In this document: positions 1 to 11,289 of the stretch, one piece after another
Numbering within the stretch: position 1 is the first letter of the stretch
Layout of the letters: each line of letters starts with the position of its first letter
Notes under the pieces: model-generated
Seen by the model: the letters and a program-made list of their open reading frames with translations, nothing else
Database searches by the model: none
What the model was told of the DNA's origin: nothing
Position numbers and translations under genes: made by a program
Assembly: GCF_006345805.1 (NCBI RefSeq)
Contig: NW_021832235.1
Coordinates: 7,184-71,183, forward strand
Source of the DNA: Octopus sinensis
Lineage: Eukaryota
Direction: 5' to 3'
DNA: 64,000 bases

Positions 1-89
1 GGAGGTCTCGTCGGGTCCAAGAGCGAGGTGCATGCGGCGCGTATGCGTGCGCGAACCGGCGCAAGCACGTGTGTGCGCGCGCCTGCGAG

Positions 90-2250
90 TGTGCGCGTAA
101 GTATGTATGTGTGTGGATGTGTGAGTGTGTCTGTGTGTATGTCTGGGTGGCAGTGTGTCCGATGAATGTATGTGAGTATGTTGTATATATGTGTGTGCAT
201 ATATGTATGTCCGTGTGTGTGTGTTGGTGTGTATGTGTATGAGTGTGTATGTATGTACGTGTGGGTGTGGGGAAGTGTGTGTATGTGCATGTGTGTGCGC
301 GTACATACAGGTGTGTGAGTGAGTGTGTGTGTGTGTATGTATGTGTGAGTGTGTATGTATGTGTGTGTAGGATGCATGTATGTGTATGGGTGTATGTATG
401 CGTGTGTGTATCTATGTATGTGTACGTGCGTGTGTGTGTGTGTGTGTATGCGTGTAGGTGTGCGCGTGTGCATGCATGCATGCATGTGCGTATGTGTGTG
501 TGTGTGCATGTGTGTGGGTATATATGTATGTGCGTATATGTGTGTGTATGTGCGTACATGTGTGTGTGTGTATGCATGTGTGTGTATGTAGGTGTGTAGG
601 CGTGTGTGTATAGGTGTATGTATGTAAGTATGTATGGGTGTGTCCGTGTATGTGTGTGTATGTATGTGTGTGTATGTAGGTGTGTGGGCGTGTGTATATG
701 TGTGTGTATGTAGGTGTGTGGGCGTGTGTGTATATAGGTGTATGTATGTATGTCTGGGGGTGTCCGTGCATGTTTGGTGTGTGTGTGTATGCATGCGTAT
801 GTAGGTGTGTGTGTAGTGTGTAATGTATGTGCGTGTATGCGTGTGTATGCGTGCGTGTGTGTATGTAGGTGCGTGTGTATGTGTGTGGGAGTGTAGGTGT
901 GTGTGTGCGTGTGCGTGTGCGTGTTTATGTTGGTGTGTGCTTATGTGAGTGTGAGTGTATGGGTGTTTGTCATGCATGTGTGTGCGCGTGCAGGTGAGTG
1001 TGTGTGTAAGTATGTGTGTGTGTATGTTTGTGTGAGTGTGTATGTGTGTATGTCTGTGTGTATGTATGTGCGTATAGGAGTATGTAGGTATGTGTGTGTG
1101 TGTATGTATATGGGTGTATGTATGTATGTATGTGTGTGTGCATGTGTATAAGTATATGTGTGTGTGCGTATGTGTGTGTATATGTGTATGTGTGTATGTG
1201 TATGTATGTGTGTATGTATGTGTGTAGGTGTGTGTGTGTGTAGATGTATGTATGTATGGGTGTGTGTCCGTGTGTGTTTGTGTGTGGTGTAGGTAGATGT
1301 GTGTGTCTGAGTGAGGGTATGGCTGTGTAGGTGTGTGTGTGTGTATGAATGTAAGTGTGTGTGTATACAAGTGTAATGTATGTATGTAGGTGTGTGTGTG
1401 TGTATGTGTACGTGTGTGTGTGTATGTGTGTGTGTGTATGCGTGTGAGTGTGAGTGTATGGGTGTATGTCTGTGTGTGTGTATGTCTGAAGTAGGTATGT
1501 GTGTGTATGTATGTATGTGTGTGTGTGTGCGGGTATGTGTGTGTGTGTGTATGTGTGTGTGTGAGTAGGTGTGCGTGTATGTATGTGGGTAGGGATGCAT
1601 GCGAGTGTGTGGGTATGTATGCATACATACGCATGCGCACATCCGAAGCAAGCCCACACACACGAAGCGCGCTCACGCACACAACGCACAAGCAGTACAA
1701 CGCAAGCCCAAGGGGCCGACCAAGCCCCCAGCGCGCGCCAAGGCGCGCGAGCGCAAAGGCCCTCGAACGCCCCGCTACGCGGGAACCGAGGATCCATCAG
1801 CCAAAACCGGAAAGCAGAAAAGAGGTGGGGGGGGGGCTGCCTGGATGCAAAAAGGTGTATGTGTGTGTGCATTCAGTGTAAGGGTGTGCATGTGTGGGTA
1901 TGTATGTATGTATGTGCCTACATGTATGTGTGCATGTGTGTGTGTGTGAAGTATGTACGTGCGGTGTGTGTGTGTGAGTGTGTGTGTATGTATGTGCGTA
2001 TGTAGTATGTGTGTGTATGTGTGTATGTATGTCTGTGGTGTGTGTGTGTGTAGTATGTATGTGGTGTGTGTTGTATGTATGTGTGTGTGTGGGTATGTGC
2101 ATGTTGGTTTGTATGTTAGTGTGTGCATGTATGTCTGTAAGTGTGTGTGATTAAATGTGTGAATGTATGTACGTAGATGGGTCTACGTATGTGTGTGTGT
2201 GAACAGGCGTGTGGGAGGTAGGTTGGTGGGTGTGTGTGGGTGGTGTGTCC
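90..2250. repeat. Degenerate (TG)n/(TATG)n microsatellite field
   Basis: Continuous TG/TATG low-complexity sequence; all ORFs here are repeat translations. Confidence 0.95.
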
Positions 2251-2267
2251 GGAAAAAAAAACGGATC

Positions 2268-4324
2268 TCAACAGGAGGGGGCTGTGTTAAGTCCGTGTGG
2301 GGTGGTAGTTTGTAGGGTGAAGATGTAGCGTTGCTCCAAGTGGAGCCTGGAAAGTGGGCGACCATTGTGGGGGGCGAGACCAAACACTGAGATGTCATCT
2401 AGGGAATGGCCGGCCGAGCGGAAGTGGCGTGCGACGGGAGAAAAAGAGTGTAGGCGAACGTCCCTCAAGTGTCAGTGAAACAGTCGGACAACCAGCGTCC
2501 CGTCTGTCCTACATACAGCATCCCGCATAGGTTGCATTTAATGCAGTAAATAAGGCCAGACGAGGTGCACGTAAAAGAGTGCCTAATGCGTACACTATGC
2601 AGGTTGGAGCCGGTGACAGCGGTGGTGTTGGTGATGAAGAGGCAAGTGTTGCAGCGGGATCTAGAGCAAGGGAATGATCCGTGTGGTGCTGAGGGGGAAG
2701 GAGAGAGGGTGCTGTGGACCAGGAGGTCACGCAGATTGCGGGCTCGTTTGAAGAGGACAGGGTGGGTTAGGGAAAATGGGGCGGGTGGTGGGATCAAGCT
2801 GGAGGCGACGGAAGGCACGTAGTATCTTGCGACGAAGGGGTAGGGTAGAGGGGTGGAAAAGGAGGGGGAAGGGGGTGCGGTTGGGGGGTGGGCGGGGGAA
2901 GAAGGAGACAGGGCGGTAGTGCGGTCGATGCGACGGGCGCGGGTGAGGGCATCAGAGAGGAGTATGGGTGGGTAACCTCGGAGTCTGAACATGCGGGCCA
3001 GGTATTGAGATTGGGTCTCGAAATCCTGGTCGCGGCTGCACAAACGTCGGAGGCGGAGGAAGGGAGTAAGGGATGGCTCGTTTGGTGTGGAAGGGGTGGG
3101 AGGAAGAGAAGTTGAGATAGAGGTGGGAATCCGTAGGTTTAAAGAAGGCGTGGTGGTGGTGAGAGAGCTGGGGGGTGATCGATGCGGAGAGAGATGTCAA
3201 GGAAGTGACAGAGGTGTTGGAGATGGTGGAGGTGAATTGAAGAGAGGGGTGAAAGTTGGAAAGGAAAGAGATGAATTGGCAGAGAAGTTCACGGAAAGGG
3301 ATGTGGCACCTACGCAGTCGTCGATATAGCGACCGTATAGTTCGGGGGTCGGCCCAGAGAACTGGGAGAACACTTGGGCCTCAATGTAGCCAAGAAAGAG
3401 ATTGGCGAAATTGAGGCCCATCCTAGTTCCCATCGCGACCCCGGACAGCTGTTGGTACGTTTCCCCGGCGAACGTGAAACAATTGAGGGTGAGGACGAGC
3501 TCAGCCAAACGGAGAAGGGTGGGGGTGCTGGGGGTGGTGTCGGGACGACGGTAGAGGAAGTGTTGGAGGGCTAGGAGACCGTCATTGTGGGGAATCACTG
3601 TGTACAGGGATTTTACATCTAAGGTGAAGAGGAGGTGTGAGGGGCTGGAAGGGAAGGAAAAGGAATTGAAGAGACGGAGGGCGTGGTTGGTGTCGTGTAT
3701 GTGGGATGGGAGGGCTGCGACTAAGGGGGACAGGATGCGGTCGAGGTATAGGGAGATGAGTTCAGTGGGGCAATTACAGGCAGAGACTATGGGACGGCCA
3801 GGGTTAGAGGGTTTATGGATCTTGGGAAGGAAGTAGATGGTGGAGGTGCGGGGTGTGCGGACGATGAGGTTGGTGGCGGTGAGGGGGAGAGCGGAGGAGG
3901 AGATGAGGTCGTGGATGGTGGAGGACACTCGCTGTTGGTAGGAGGAGGTGGGATCGGAGGGGAGGAGGCGATAGAAGAGGGGATTTTGAAGCTGGTTGAG
4001 CGCTTCCTCCCTGTATAGGTCCGCGCGCCACACTACCACTGCCCCGCCTTTGTCCGCCGGTTTGATGACAATGTCATCACGACGGCGGAGGTGGCGAAGG
4101 GCAATGGATTCGGCCCGAGTGAGGTTGGCTCGGCGGGGTCTTGGTTCAAAGTTGAAACGGTGGACCAAAGCGTTGCAGTCATGTACAAACGAATCTAGGC
4201 TACTGAAAAGGCCCGGGGGCGGCGTCCAGATGGATGGACGACGCCCCAGCTCCAAAAGGCAATCCTGATTGTTGTGACGCTGCGGGGACGCGTGGTAGTA
4301 TGCCCCGCCTTTGTATATCTTCAT
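2268..4324 (-). mobile_element. Penelope-like retroelement (Neptune-like), RT + C-terminal GIY-YIG endonuclease, frameshifted
   Basis: Four consecutive frames give SIWTPP, KPADKGGAVV, YFLPKIHK..GRPIVS, LDVKSLYTVIPH, GVAMGTRMG, RYIDD, FKPTDSHLYLNFSSSHP..K.AIPYS, RGYP, PCSRSRCNTC, LIYCIKC..CGMLYVGQTGR, PVARHF, LEQ..IF.LQT..P.GLN. At least 3 frameshifts. Confidence 0.93.
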
Positions 4325-4585
4325 TTGCGCATGCTTATATCTCTATGTGCGTCTATGTTTATTTAGTGTGTGTATGTGGGGGAATGCCTGTAATATTTAT
4401 ATCTTCTGTTTATATACGTTCATGTAATTTGTATTTTGTTTTTGTTGTTGTTGTTTTTGTTTATTCTTATTTTGTTCATGTGTTTACATCCACTTATTAT
4501 TATCATTACATAGGCTTGTATGTATGTATGTATGTATGTATAACAACAATACCAGTAATAATAATAATAAATCGAATCGAAAAAA

Positions 4586-4624
<39 letters not shown>

Positions 4625-4682
4625 TTTATTTCTATTTGTTTATTTATCTGTGTATTTATTATGTTTTCGGGATCCTCTATCG

Positions 4683-5106
4683 TCATATGTTGTGGTGTGT
4701 GCTAGTGCTCCATTCTAGTTTTCTATTCAGGCTAGGTTTATTTTCTATTATGTGTGTAGCTTCTGTAATTTGTCTGATTGTTGCATCTGTTCTATGTGTG
4801 GACAATATTTTAATTTCTATATTGTTAATTGATCCCCCGTGTTCCTGTTCGGCGTGTTGGTACAGAATTAATGAGCTTTTACCTTCCTTGAGTTGTCTCC
4901 AATGTCATTTACCCGCTCTCCTATGCTTCTTACCGTTTCCCCTACGTATGTCGTTGTCTTGTTACTGCATCGTCCCAGTTTGTTTGTGGGCTAAATCTAC
5001 ATATAGTACAATACTTATCCGTACAGGGGGTTCTACCAAAAGGATAGGTTCTACCAATTATAGATTTGATAGGGTTGCCTGGCTTTTCAACAACCTTAAT
5101 TCTTAT
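4683..5106 (-). pseudogene. Second Penelope-like GIY-YIG endonuclease remnant (Naiad-like), not in ORF track
   Basis: Manual translation: IKVVEKPGNPIKSIIGRTYPFGRTPCTDKYCTIC, then GRC...TYVGETVRSIGERV, then WRQLKEGKSSLILYQH...RQITEATHIIENKPSLNRKLEW...stop. First (GIY) half deleted, two frameshifts. Confidence 0.8.
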
Positions 5107-5225
5107 TGGCTAAACTGGCAAAATGACCATTCCGAAATATAACAATATCTGTTTCAACACACGACTTCACATAAAAAATCTTGCACAACAAATATTTAAA
5201 CGTATATATATACATATATACATAA

Positions 5226-5256
<31 letters not shown>

Positions 5257-5295
5257 CAAATATACATATATATATACAAATATATTTAACTATAC

Positions 5296-5330
<35 letters not shown>

Positions 5331-5439
5331 CAGAAAGAGAGAGAGGGGGAAGAGAGTGAGGAGAGGTGAGTGTGTAAGATATTGCAAAACTCCCAATATC
5401 CGTTTCACGAGATTAGCTCATAATTCCACAGAATGTCAA

Positions 5440-5548
5440 AATGTATGGAGAAGGTGAAGATTTGGAGGTTGTTTGGAAAGAAACCCATCCTGTTTCTCTG
5501 CGAAGCACCCAAGAAACGAGTAGAATGGAGTGAATGCTTCCAAAATCC
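5440..5548. repeat. Unclassified interspersed repeat, copy 1 (similar to 7715-7822)
   Basis: Both copies share ggagaaggtgaagatttgga, ggaaagaaa, gcacccaagaaacgag and tccaaaat. Confidence 0.7.
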
Positions 5549-5769
5549 ACGGGTAAACAATTCGTATTTAAAAAAAGATTAAGATTAAGATAAAGGAAGA
5601 ATGGGGAAATTAACTGATGAGCAGAGATGCATCAACATACTTTCGTTTTTTAATGTATGTGTGTATGTGGTTGTGTATATGTGTTGAGCAAATATTGTGT
5701 ATTGTGTGCCGGTATATATGTGTGTGTGTGTACATACGTATATGTATTATGTACTTACGTATGCAGGTA

Positions 5770-6992
5770 TTGAGTTGGCAACTAAGTTCCTGCCGTTTTT
5801 TAAAATTTTGGAATCTATTTTGTTTCTTTTTCTAGTTAATTTTAGTTAATTTTTGTTTGTTTTCAGATCATTAAAATGGAATGTCAAGTTAAGAAAAAAG
5901 TGCATTTTCGACACCTTCTTAGAATCCTAGGTTCTAAGGCCGCAAAAGCTGCTCGCGACATTTGTGCTGTGTTTGGAGAGGGTGACATAGCTGAAAGAAC
6001 CGCTCGTTATTCGTATGCTAAGTTCAAAAATGAAAATTTTGTTCTCAAAGACGCACCTCGTTCTGTCCGTCCAGTTGAGTTCGATGAAGAGCGATTAAGC
6101 CAACTTTTCCACGAAAATTCTCGTCAGACGACAAGGGAACTGGCAGAGAAAATGGAATGCTCCCACACTGCTACAGAGAAGCAACTTCACTCGATGGGAA
6201 AGGTTCAGAAGTATGGAGCATGGGTTCCGCATGCTTTAAGTGACAACAACAAAAATCAACGAGCCACAATCTCCGCTGGTTTGCTCGCTTGTCACCGCTC
6301 AACTCATGGACACAAGCAACGATTTCTTCACCGAATCGTTACTGGCGACGAAAAATGGTGCCTGTACATCAATATGAAGCAGCGTAAGGAATGGCTTAGC
6401 CCCGGTGAACAAGCGACACCGCGCGTGAAACAAGATCTTCATCCGCGTAAAACGATGTTGTGCGTATGGTGGGACTGGGAAGAGATTATCCATTACGAAT
6501 TGCTTGAACGGAACCAAACGGTCAACGCGGAATTCTGTGTTCCACTGATGGAACGACTCAACACGGCTATTCAAGAGAAAAGACCTAATCGTCAACATGG
6601 AGTTCTTCTGCTGCACGACAACGCCCGCCCTCATATCGCCAATATGACCAAGGAAGCCATTCAAACGCATGGCTGGAAAGTGCTGTCACACCCGCCGTAC
6701 TCTCCTGATTTGGCACCAACGGATTTCCACCTCTTTTGATCTCTTTCAAATGCTATGCGCGGAGTTTCGTTCAATAATGATGCAGAATTGAGAGCTTGGT
6801 TGGATCAAGTTTTCGAGTCAATATCAGGTGATTTCTACCAATGAGGTATTGAAAATCTTGTTGATCGTTGGGAAGAAGTTGTAAACAACAAGGGTGAATA
6901 CATTATTGATTAATTAGTTGGTATTTTTTATTAATCCTTTTAAAAAATTTAAATTGAAAAAAAAAACGGCGGGAACTTAGTTGGCAACCTAA
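5770..6992 (+). mobile_element. Full-length mariner (DD34D) DNA transposon, 1223 bp
   Basis: TIRs ttgagttggcaactaagttcctgccg and cggcgggaacttagttggcaacctaa; TA at 5768-5769 and 6993-6994; transposase inside. Confidence 0.95.
5876..6913 (+). pseudogene. Mariner transposase with two in-frame stops (6737-6739, 6842-6844)
   Basis: WVPHAL, TGDEKW, HDNARPH, HPPYSPDLAPTD (D34D spacing counted); frame continues past the stops to KGEYIID*. Confidence 0.95.
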
Positions 6993-7333
6993 TAGTTATT
7001 TAAGTGAATATGCATCTTGAAATTATCCCCCTTTCTCATTGAGAGTCAAAACTAAGTGCCACTTGGCATTTGTTTACCTTCTCCTAAAGTGAAGATATTT
7101 TCCGTAAATCAGGAATTCATCTTGTATGGCATTTAATATACACTCGCTCATCTTATGCTTTCGTTTATACCACTTTATTTATTTTCTTTACAAACACACA
7201 CGTTTGTGTGTGTTTGTGCATCTATGTATACACTTAAGCATGTACATTCATGCACAGAAACGAAAACATTCGCTCAAATATACATACATACATACATACC
7301 TACATACATACATACATACATACATACATACAT

Positions 7334-7366
<33 letters not shown>

Positions 7367-7714
7367 TACATACATACATACATACATACATACATACATA
7401 CATACATACATACATACATACATACGTGTGTAGATAAACAGTTATACAGAGATAGACATATAGCTAGCTATATGCCTGTCTCTGTCTGACTGTCAGACTG
7501 TTTATCTATACACACACACACAAACACACACACACACACATATCGCTAGCTAGCTATATACATATTTGTGTAGCTAGCTGTTAAGCAGAGATATATCAAC
7601 AAATTTTCCTTCTCTGGTGTATGTGTTTATACTCCCATTTGTCTTGTGCTCTCGTTTATACCATTTTACCTATTTATCTAAGCCCAATGTTCTGTAGAGT
7701 GTCTAAATGCATGG

Positions 7715-7822
7715 AGAGGGTAGAGAAGGTGAAGATTTGGAAGTTGGTTGGAAAGAAATCCGCTTTATTTCTTTGCAAAGCACCCAAGAAACGAGCAGAA
7801 TGTAGTCATTGCATCCAAAATA
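7715..7822. repeat. Unclassified interspersed repeat, copy 2
   Basis: Diverged match to 5440-5548. Confidence 0.7.
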
Positions 7823-7824
7823 TG

Positions 7825-8137
7825 TTTCTTTATTAGCCACACAGGGCTGCACACAGACGGGAGCGATTACAAAGTAGAGCTTTTCTTTTTAGGAAGAAAA
7901 AAAAAAGTGGGGTAGGTTTTCGATCAAAAGGGATCGTAAAAGGGAAGAGAAAAAAAGAAAAAGAAGAAAAAAGCGATCAATAGGGATCGTGTATCACAGA
8001 AATGTGATGATGTAAAGTGTAAAGGAGGAAGCAGATAAGGTTTATCCGTGGAAAGAATAGCCTACGGAAAAGACCACGGTAACCTCGGTCAATAATGTCA
8101 CATGTTAACACATTTGTTTGCAAGTAAGTAACCCTCT

Positions 8138-8140
<3 letters not shown>
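7825..8140 (-). mobile_element. Probable non-LTR retrotransposon 3' UTR ending ...gccctgtgtggctaataaagaaa (Tx1/L1-like by inference)
   Basis: Pyrimidine-rich UTR-like block ending in AATAAAGAAA; tail resembles the SINE tails at 17591-17630 and 53927-53965. Confidence 0.45.
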
Positions 8141-8168
<28 letters not shown>

Positions 8169-8183
8169 AGGGAGAGAGAGAGA

Positions 8184-8233
<50 letters not shown>

Positions 8234-8322
8234 AACAAATAGACAGACAGGCAAATAGACAGATAATTAGACAGATAAAGAGACAAATAGGTAAAAAGAC
8301 TTATAAAAAGGGGAAAAGATTG

Positions 8323-8376
<54 letters not shown>

Positions 8377-8599
8377 TGAAAGCCAGACAGAACTAAAACG
8401 CCTACACGTGTGCTTGCCTGTTTGAGAGTGAGCGAATTTGATTGTATGCGTGTCTTATGTGTAATCCCGGAGGAATTACAACAGATAAGAAGCCCATTGA
8501 AGCCCATTGAAGCCCATTGTGCTACTTTGCTTAACATAAACACAATTAATCCATTACTCACGCTTCATTTGTTTTAACATTAACGAAACAACTTTAGTT

Positions 8600-8890
8600 C
8601 CTTTGTCTATTGCGGAGGCGTGTAGAAGACAACATGTGACGAAACGGTGGTGCGGTGGTGGTGGTGGCGATGGTAGTGGTGGTGGAGTCGATGACGGTGG
8701 TGGCAGTAGTGTTTGTGGATGCCGTCGTGATGATGGTGATGGTGATTACGGTTAGTGGTGGTGGTGGAGGTGGTGAGATTGATGGTGGTGATGGTGGTTT
8801 TGGTTTTAGTAATGGAAGTATTTGATTATGGTGGTTGTGGTGGTCGTCGGAGCAGTGGTAGTGGTGGTGGTGGTGGTGGTGGTGGTACGG
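8600..8890. repeat. GGT/GTG trinucleotide low-complexity tract
   Basis: Direct inspection. Confidence 0.9.
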
Positions 8891-8894
8891 GGCC

Positions 8895-9275
8895 ATTCGA
8901 TCATATTAAGTTTGACTGGTATTGATCTTATCGACACAGAAAGGATGAAAGGTAAAGTCGACCTCGTCAGAAATTGAAGTTAGAAAGTATAGATCGATGG
9001 ACTGCCGCGAAGCATTTCGTCCGGCGCGGTGACGATTCTGCCAGCTCACCACCCTAAGAAACTAAATAAGGACTTCAAATTTTATCACAAGGCCAGCAAT
9101 TTGTGGGGAGTGGGTAAGTCGATTACATTGACCCCAGTACTCAGCTGGCACTTATTTTATCGACTCCGAAGGATGAAAGGCAAAGTCGACCTCGGCAGAA
9201 TTTGAACTCAGAATGTAAAAACAGACAAAATATCGCCAAACGTGCTAACGATTCTGCCAGTTGGCCACCTTTAAG
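8895..9275 (-). mobile_element. Two tandem copies of SINE family B (core gaaaggatgaaaggcaaagtcgacctcggcggaatttgaac on +)
   Basis: Same core recurs near 10.65, 17.5, 17.65, 48.3, 48.5, 48.97, 54.05 and 54.7 kb; B-box-like GAGTTCAAATTCC on the element strand. Confidence 0.8.
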
Positions 9276-9339
9276 AAACTAAATAATCCTTACATTATTT
9301 ACATTTGACGGATATTTGTCCTCATCTTGTTTGTTGTTA

Positions 9340-9384
9340 ACACACCGTTTCGGCTGATATACCTTCCAGCTTTCATCAGGTGTC
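9340..9384 (-). ncRNA. Candidate minimal type-I hammerhead ribozyme (family 1)
   Basis: Minus strand: acac CTGATGA a(a)gctg-gaaggtatat-cagc(c) GAAA cggt gtgt. Stem I acac/gtgt, stem II gctg/cagc; stem III/cleavage site looks mutated. Confidence 0.6.
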
Positions 9385-9449
9385 TTGGGGAAATTTTGAA
9401 CCTGGCTTCTCATTCCTAATGTATTTTTCGATGTTGTTATTATTGTTAT

Positions 9450-9492
<43 letters not shown>
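9450..9492. repeat. (TAA)n microsatellite
   Basis: Direct inspection. Confidence 0.95.
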
Positions 9493-10066
9493 TGACCACA
9501 TCTCACTCCTCTGGAACTTCATCATTCAAACTGACAGAAATATAGATAAAAATAGGCCAGACATCATATTGAAAGACTTCAGACAAAGAACATGCCTCCT
9601 CATTGATATGACTGTCCCAATCGATATAAACGTATCTGTCAAGACCTACCAAAAACTGAGCAAATATAAAGATCTTGAAATAGAAATCAGCAAAATGTGG
9701 AACCTGAAGACTAAAACAATACCTGTTGTCATAGGTGCCCTGGGAATGATAGCGAAAGGGGCTGATTGCCACCTAACTCAGATACCAGGAAACCCCAAAA
9801 TGGCAGAAATTCAAAAGATAGTGCTCATGGGAACTGCTCATATCCTACGCAAAATACTCTCTATGTAATCCCAAGGTTTAAAACAAACTTTTTTTTAAAA
9901 ATTTATGTATTAGACATTCACTAGTACAACACCAAAAAAAAAAAAACAAATATATGGCACACTAGACATAACAACAACGTGAACTTCCAACCTGTTGTCT
10001 CTTGAGGTCTCTGGGTGAGACTTGGAACCAACTTATACAGACATAAAGCAAAAGTCAAACATAGAA
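9493..10066 (+). mobile_element. 5'-truncated R4/Dong-like non-LTR element (restriction-like endonuclease domain + 3' UTR) inserted in (TAA)n
   Basis: LLWNFIIQTDRNIDKNRPDIILKD..LIDMTVP..KLSKYKDLEIEISKMW..IPVVIGALG..IQK..LMGTAHILR* (9506-9868); (TAA)n on both sides. Confidence 0.85.
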
Positions 10067-10170
10067 TAATAATAATAATAATAATAAATAATAATAATAA
10101 TAATAATTATTATTATTATTATTATATTATATTATTATTATTATTATTATTATCATTATTATTATTATTA

Positions 10171-10205
<35 letters not shown>
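10067..10205. repeat. (TAA)n followed by (TTA)n
   Basis: Direct inspection; forms an imperfect inverted pair. Confidence 0.9.
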
Positions 10206-10208
<3 letters not shown>

Positions 10209-10266
10209 GGAATCGAACTCGGAATCTTGGAGTTAGTAGCCTGCGCTCTTAACCACAACGCCATAA
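10206..10266 (-). mobile_element. tRNA-derived SINE head fragment
   Basis: Minus: tggcgttgtggttaagagcgc...ccgagttcgattcc (A box and B box). Confidence 0.65.
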
Positions 10267-10639
10267 GCCTTTTCTACTAAAGGCATAAATCCTGAAGTTT
10301 GTGGGGAGGGGGCTAGTCGGTTACATTACCCTATATCCCATTTTCTTTAACTTATAGTCAGAAGAAAAGTGTCCCTGGCTCTTTACAGTCTCCATAACTG
10401 TCGGGAATAGAAAGAGAATGTATCCTTATACTGAAGAACATGCCTGAATGCTCGAAAGACAGTGGGGTCCTCTAAAGGCATTCCATGTGCCAAGTTAGTG
10501 GTATTGAATCAGACAATGGACTAAATCTATCGCCTAAGCAGTCCATTGCAAGATTTCAACTCAGAAATGCAAAGAACCGGGGAAAATACCGGAAGGAATC
10601 CGATCCGACGTTCTTACAATTCCGTCAGTCCACCACCCT

Positions 10640-10770
10640 ATATATGAACCCTGAAAAGATGAAAGGCAAAGTTGATCCCAGTGGATTTTGAACTCGGGGC
10701 ACAGAGATACTGAAAAAGTACCGTGAAGCATTCTTTCCGACGCTCCAATTCGGCCAATTTGCTGCCAATT
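10640..10770 (-). mobile_element. SINE family B, diverged copy
   Basis: gaaaagatgaaaggcaaagttgatcccagtggattttgaactc. Confidence 0.65.
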
Positions 10771-11289
10771 GCCTCTTGTCTGATAAAAGAAACTCAAATT
10801 AGTTAAGATGCATATCAGTCTTATAGAAAGAGAAGGCTCAGAAATAAAGGGTTTGTAGCCAAGACAGAAATGGTTTGTAGTTAAGATAACGGCTGAAATC
10901 CTTATGCCTTATTTGATGATGTAATTCCAAATAACTATCATTTATAGTTAGATCACACATCTCGTAAGAGGGTGCCTCATTGCAAAATCTATTGGTGGAT
11001 CCCCCCCTCTCTCTCTCTCTCTCAATAGCGTAGCTAGTGGTGGGACGAAGTGACCAGTCCACCATAGGCGTTACCTTTATGGGACTGTATAAACTTGTAT
11101 AGGCTTGTGGGTCTTGAGAGTTTGGGGCAAAAACTCAGGGGCTAACTCAGGCGGCACACACTCTAGCTATGCAACTGCTCTCACACCCCTTCCCTCCCGG
11201 TGTGTTTATATGTGTGTGCATGCTTGTACGCGTGTGATTCTTGTTCATTCAACTTGGCTGAGCTACAGGTTAGCTCTTCCACAACGAAT

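Noticed and set aside
243-2150. HT- and CV-rich ORFs of 100-300 aa
   Set aside because: Translations of TG/TATG microsatellite
2565-4268. Plus-strand ORFs over the Penelope element
   Set aside because: Antisense shadows of a GC-rich coding strand
4234-5142. 302-aa plus-strand ORF with hydrophobic stretches
   Set aside because: Antisense to two PLE remnants and crosses TATG/TA microsatellites; not a membrane protein
10428-10475. CTGAAGA..GCTCGAAA motif
   Set aside because: Stem II register is off, stem I is absent and there is no proper cleavage triplet
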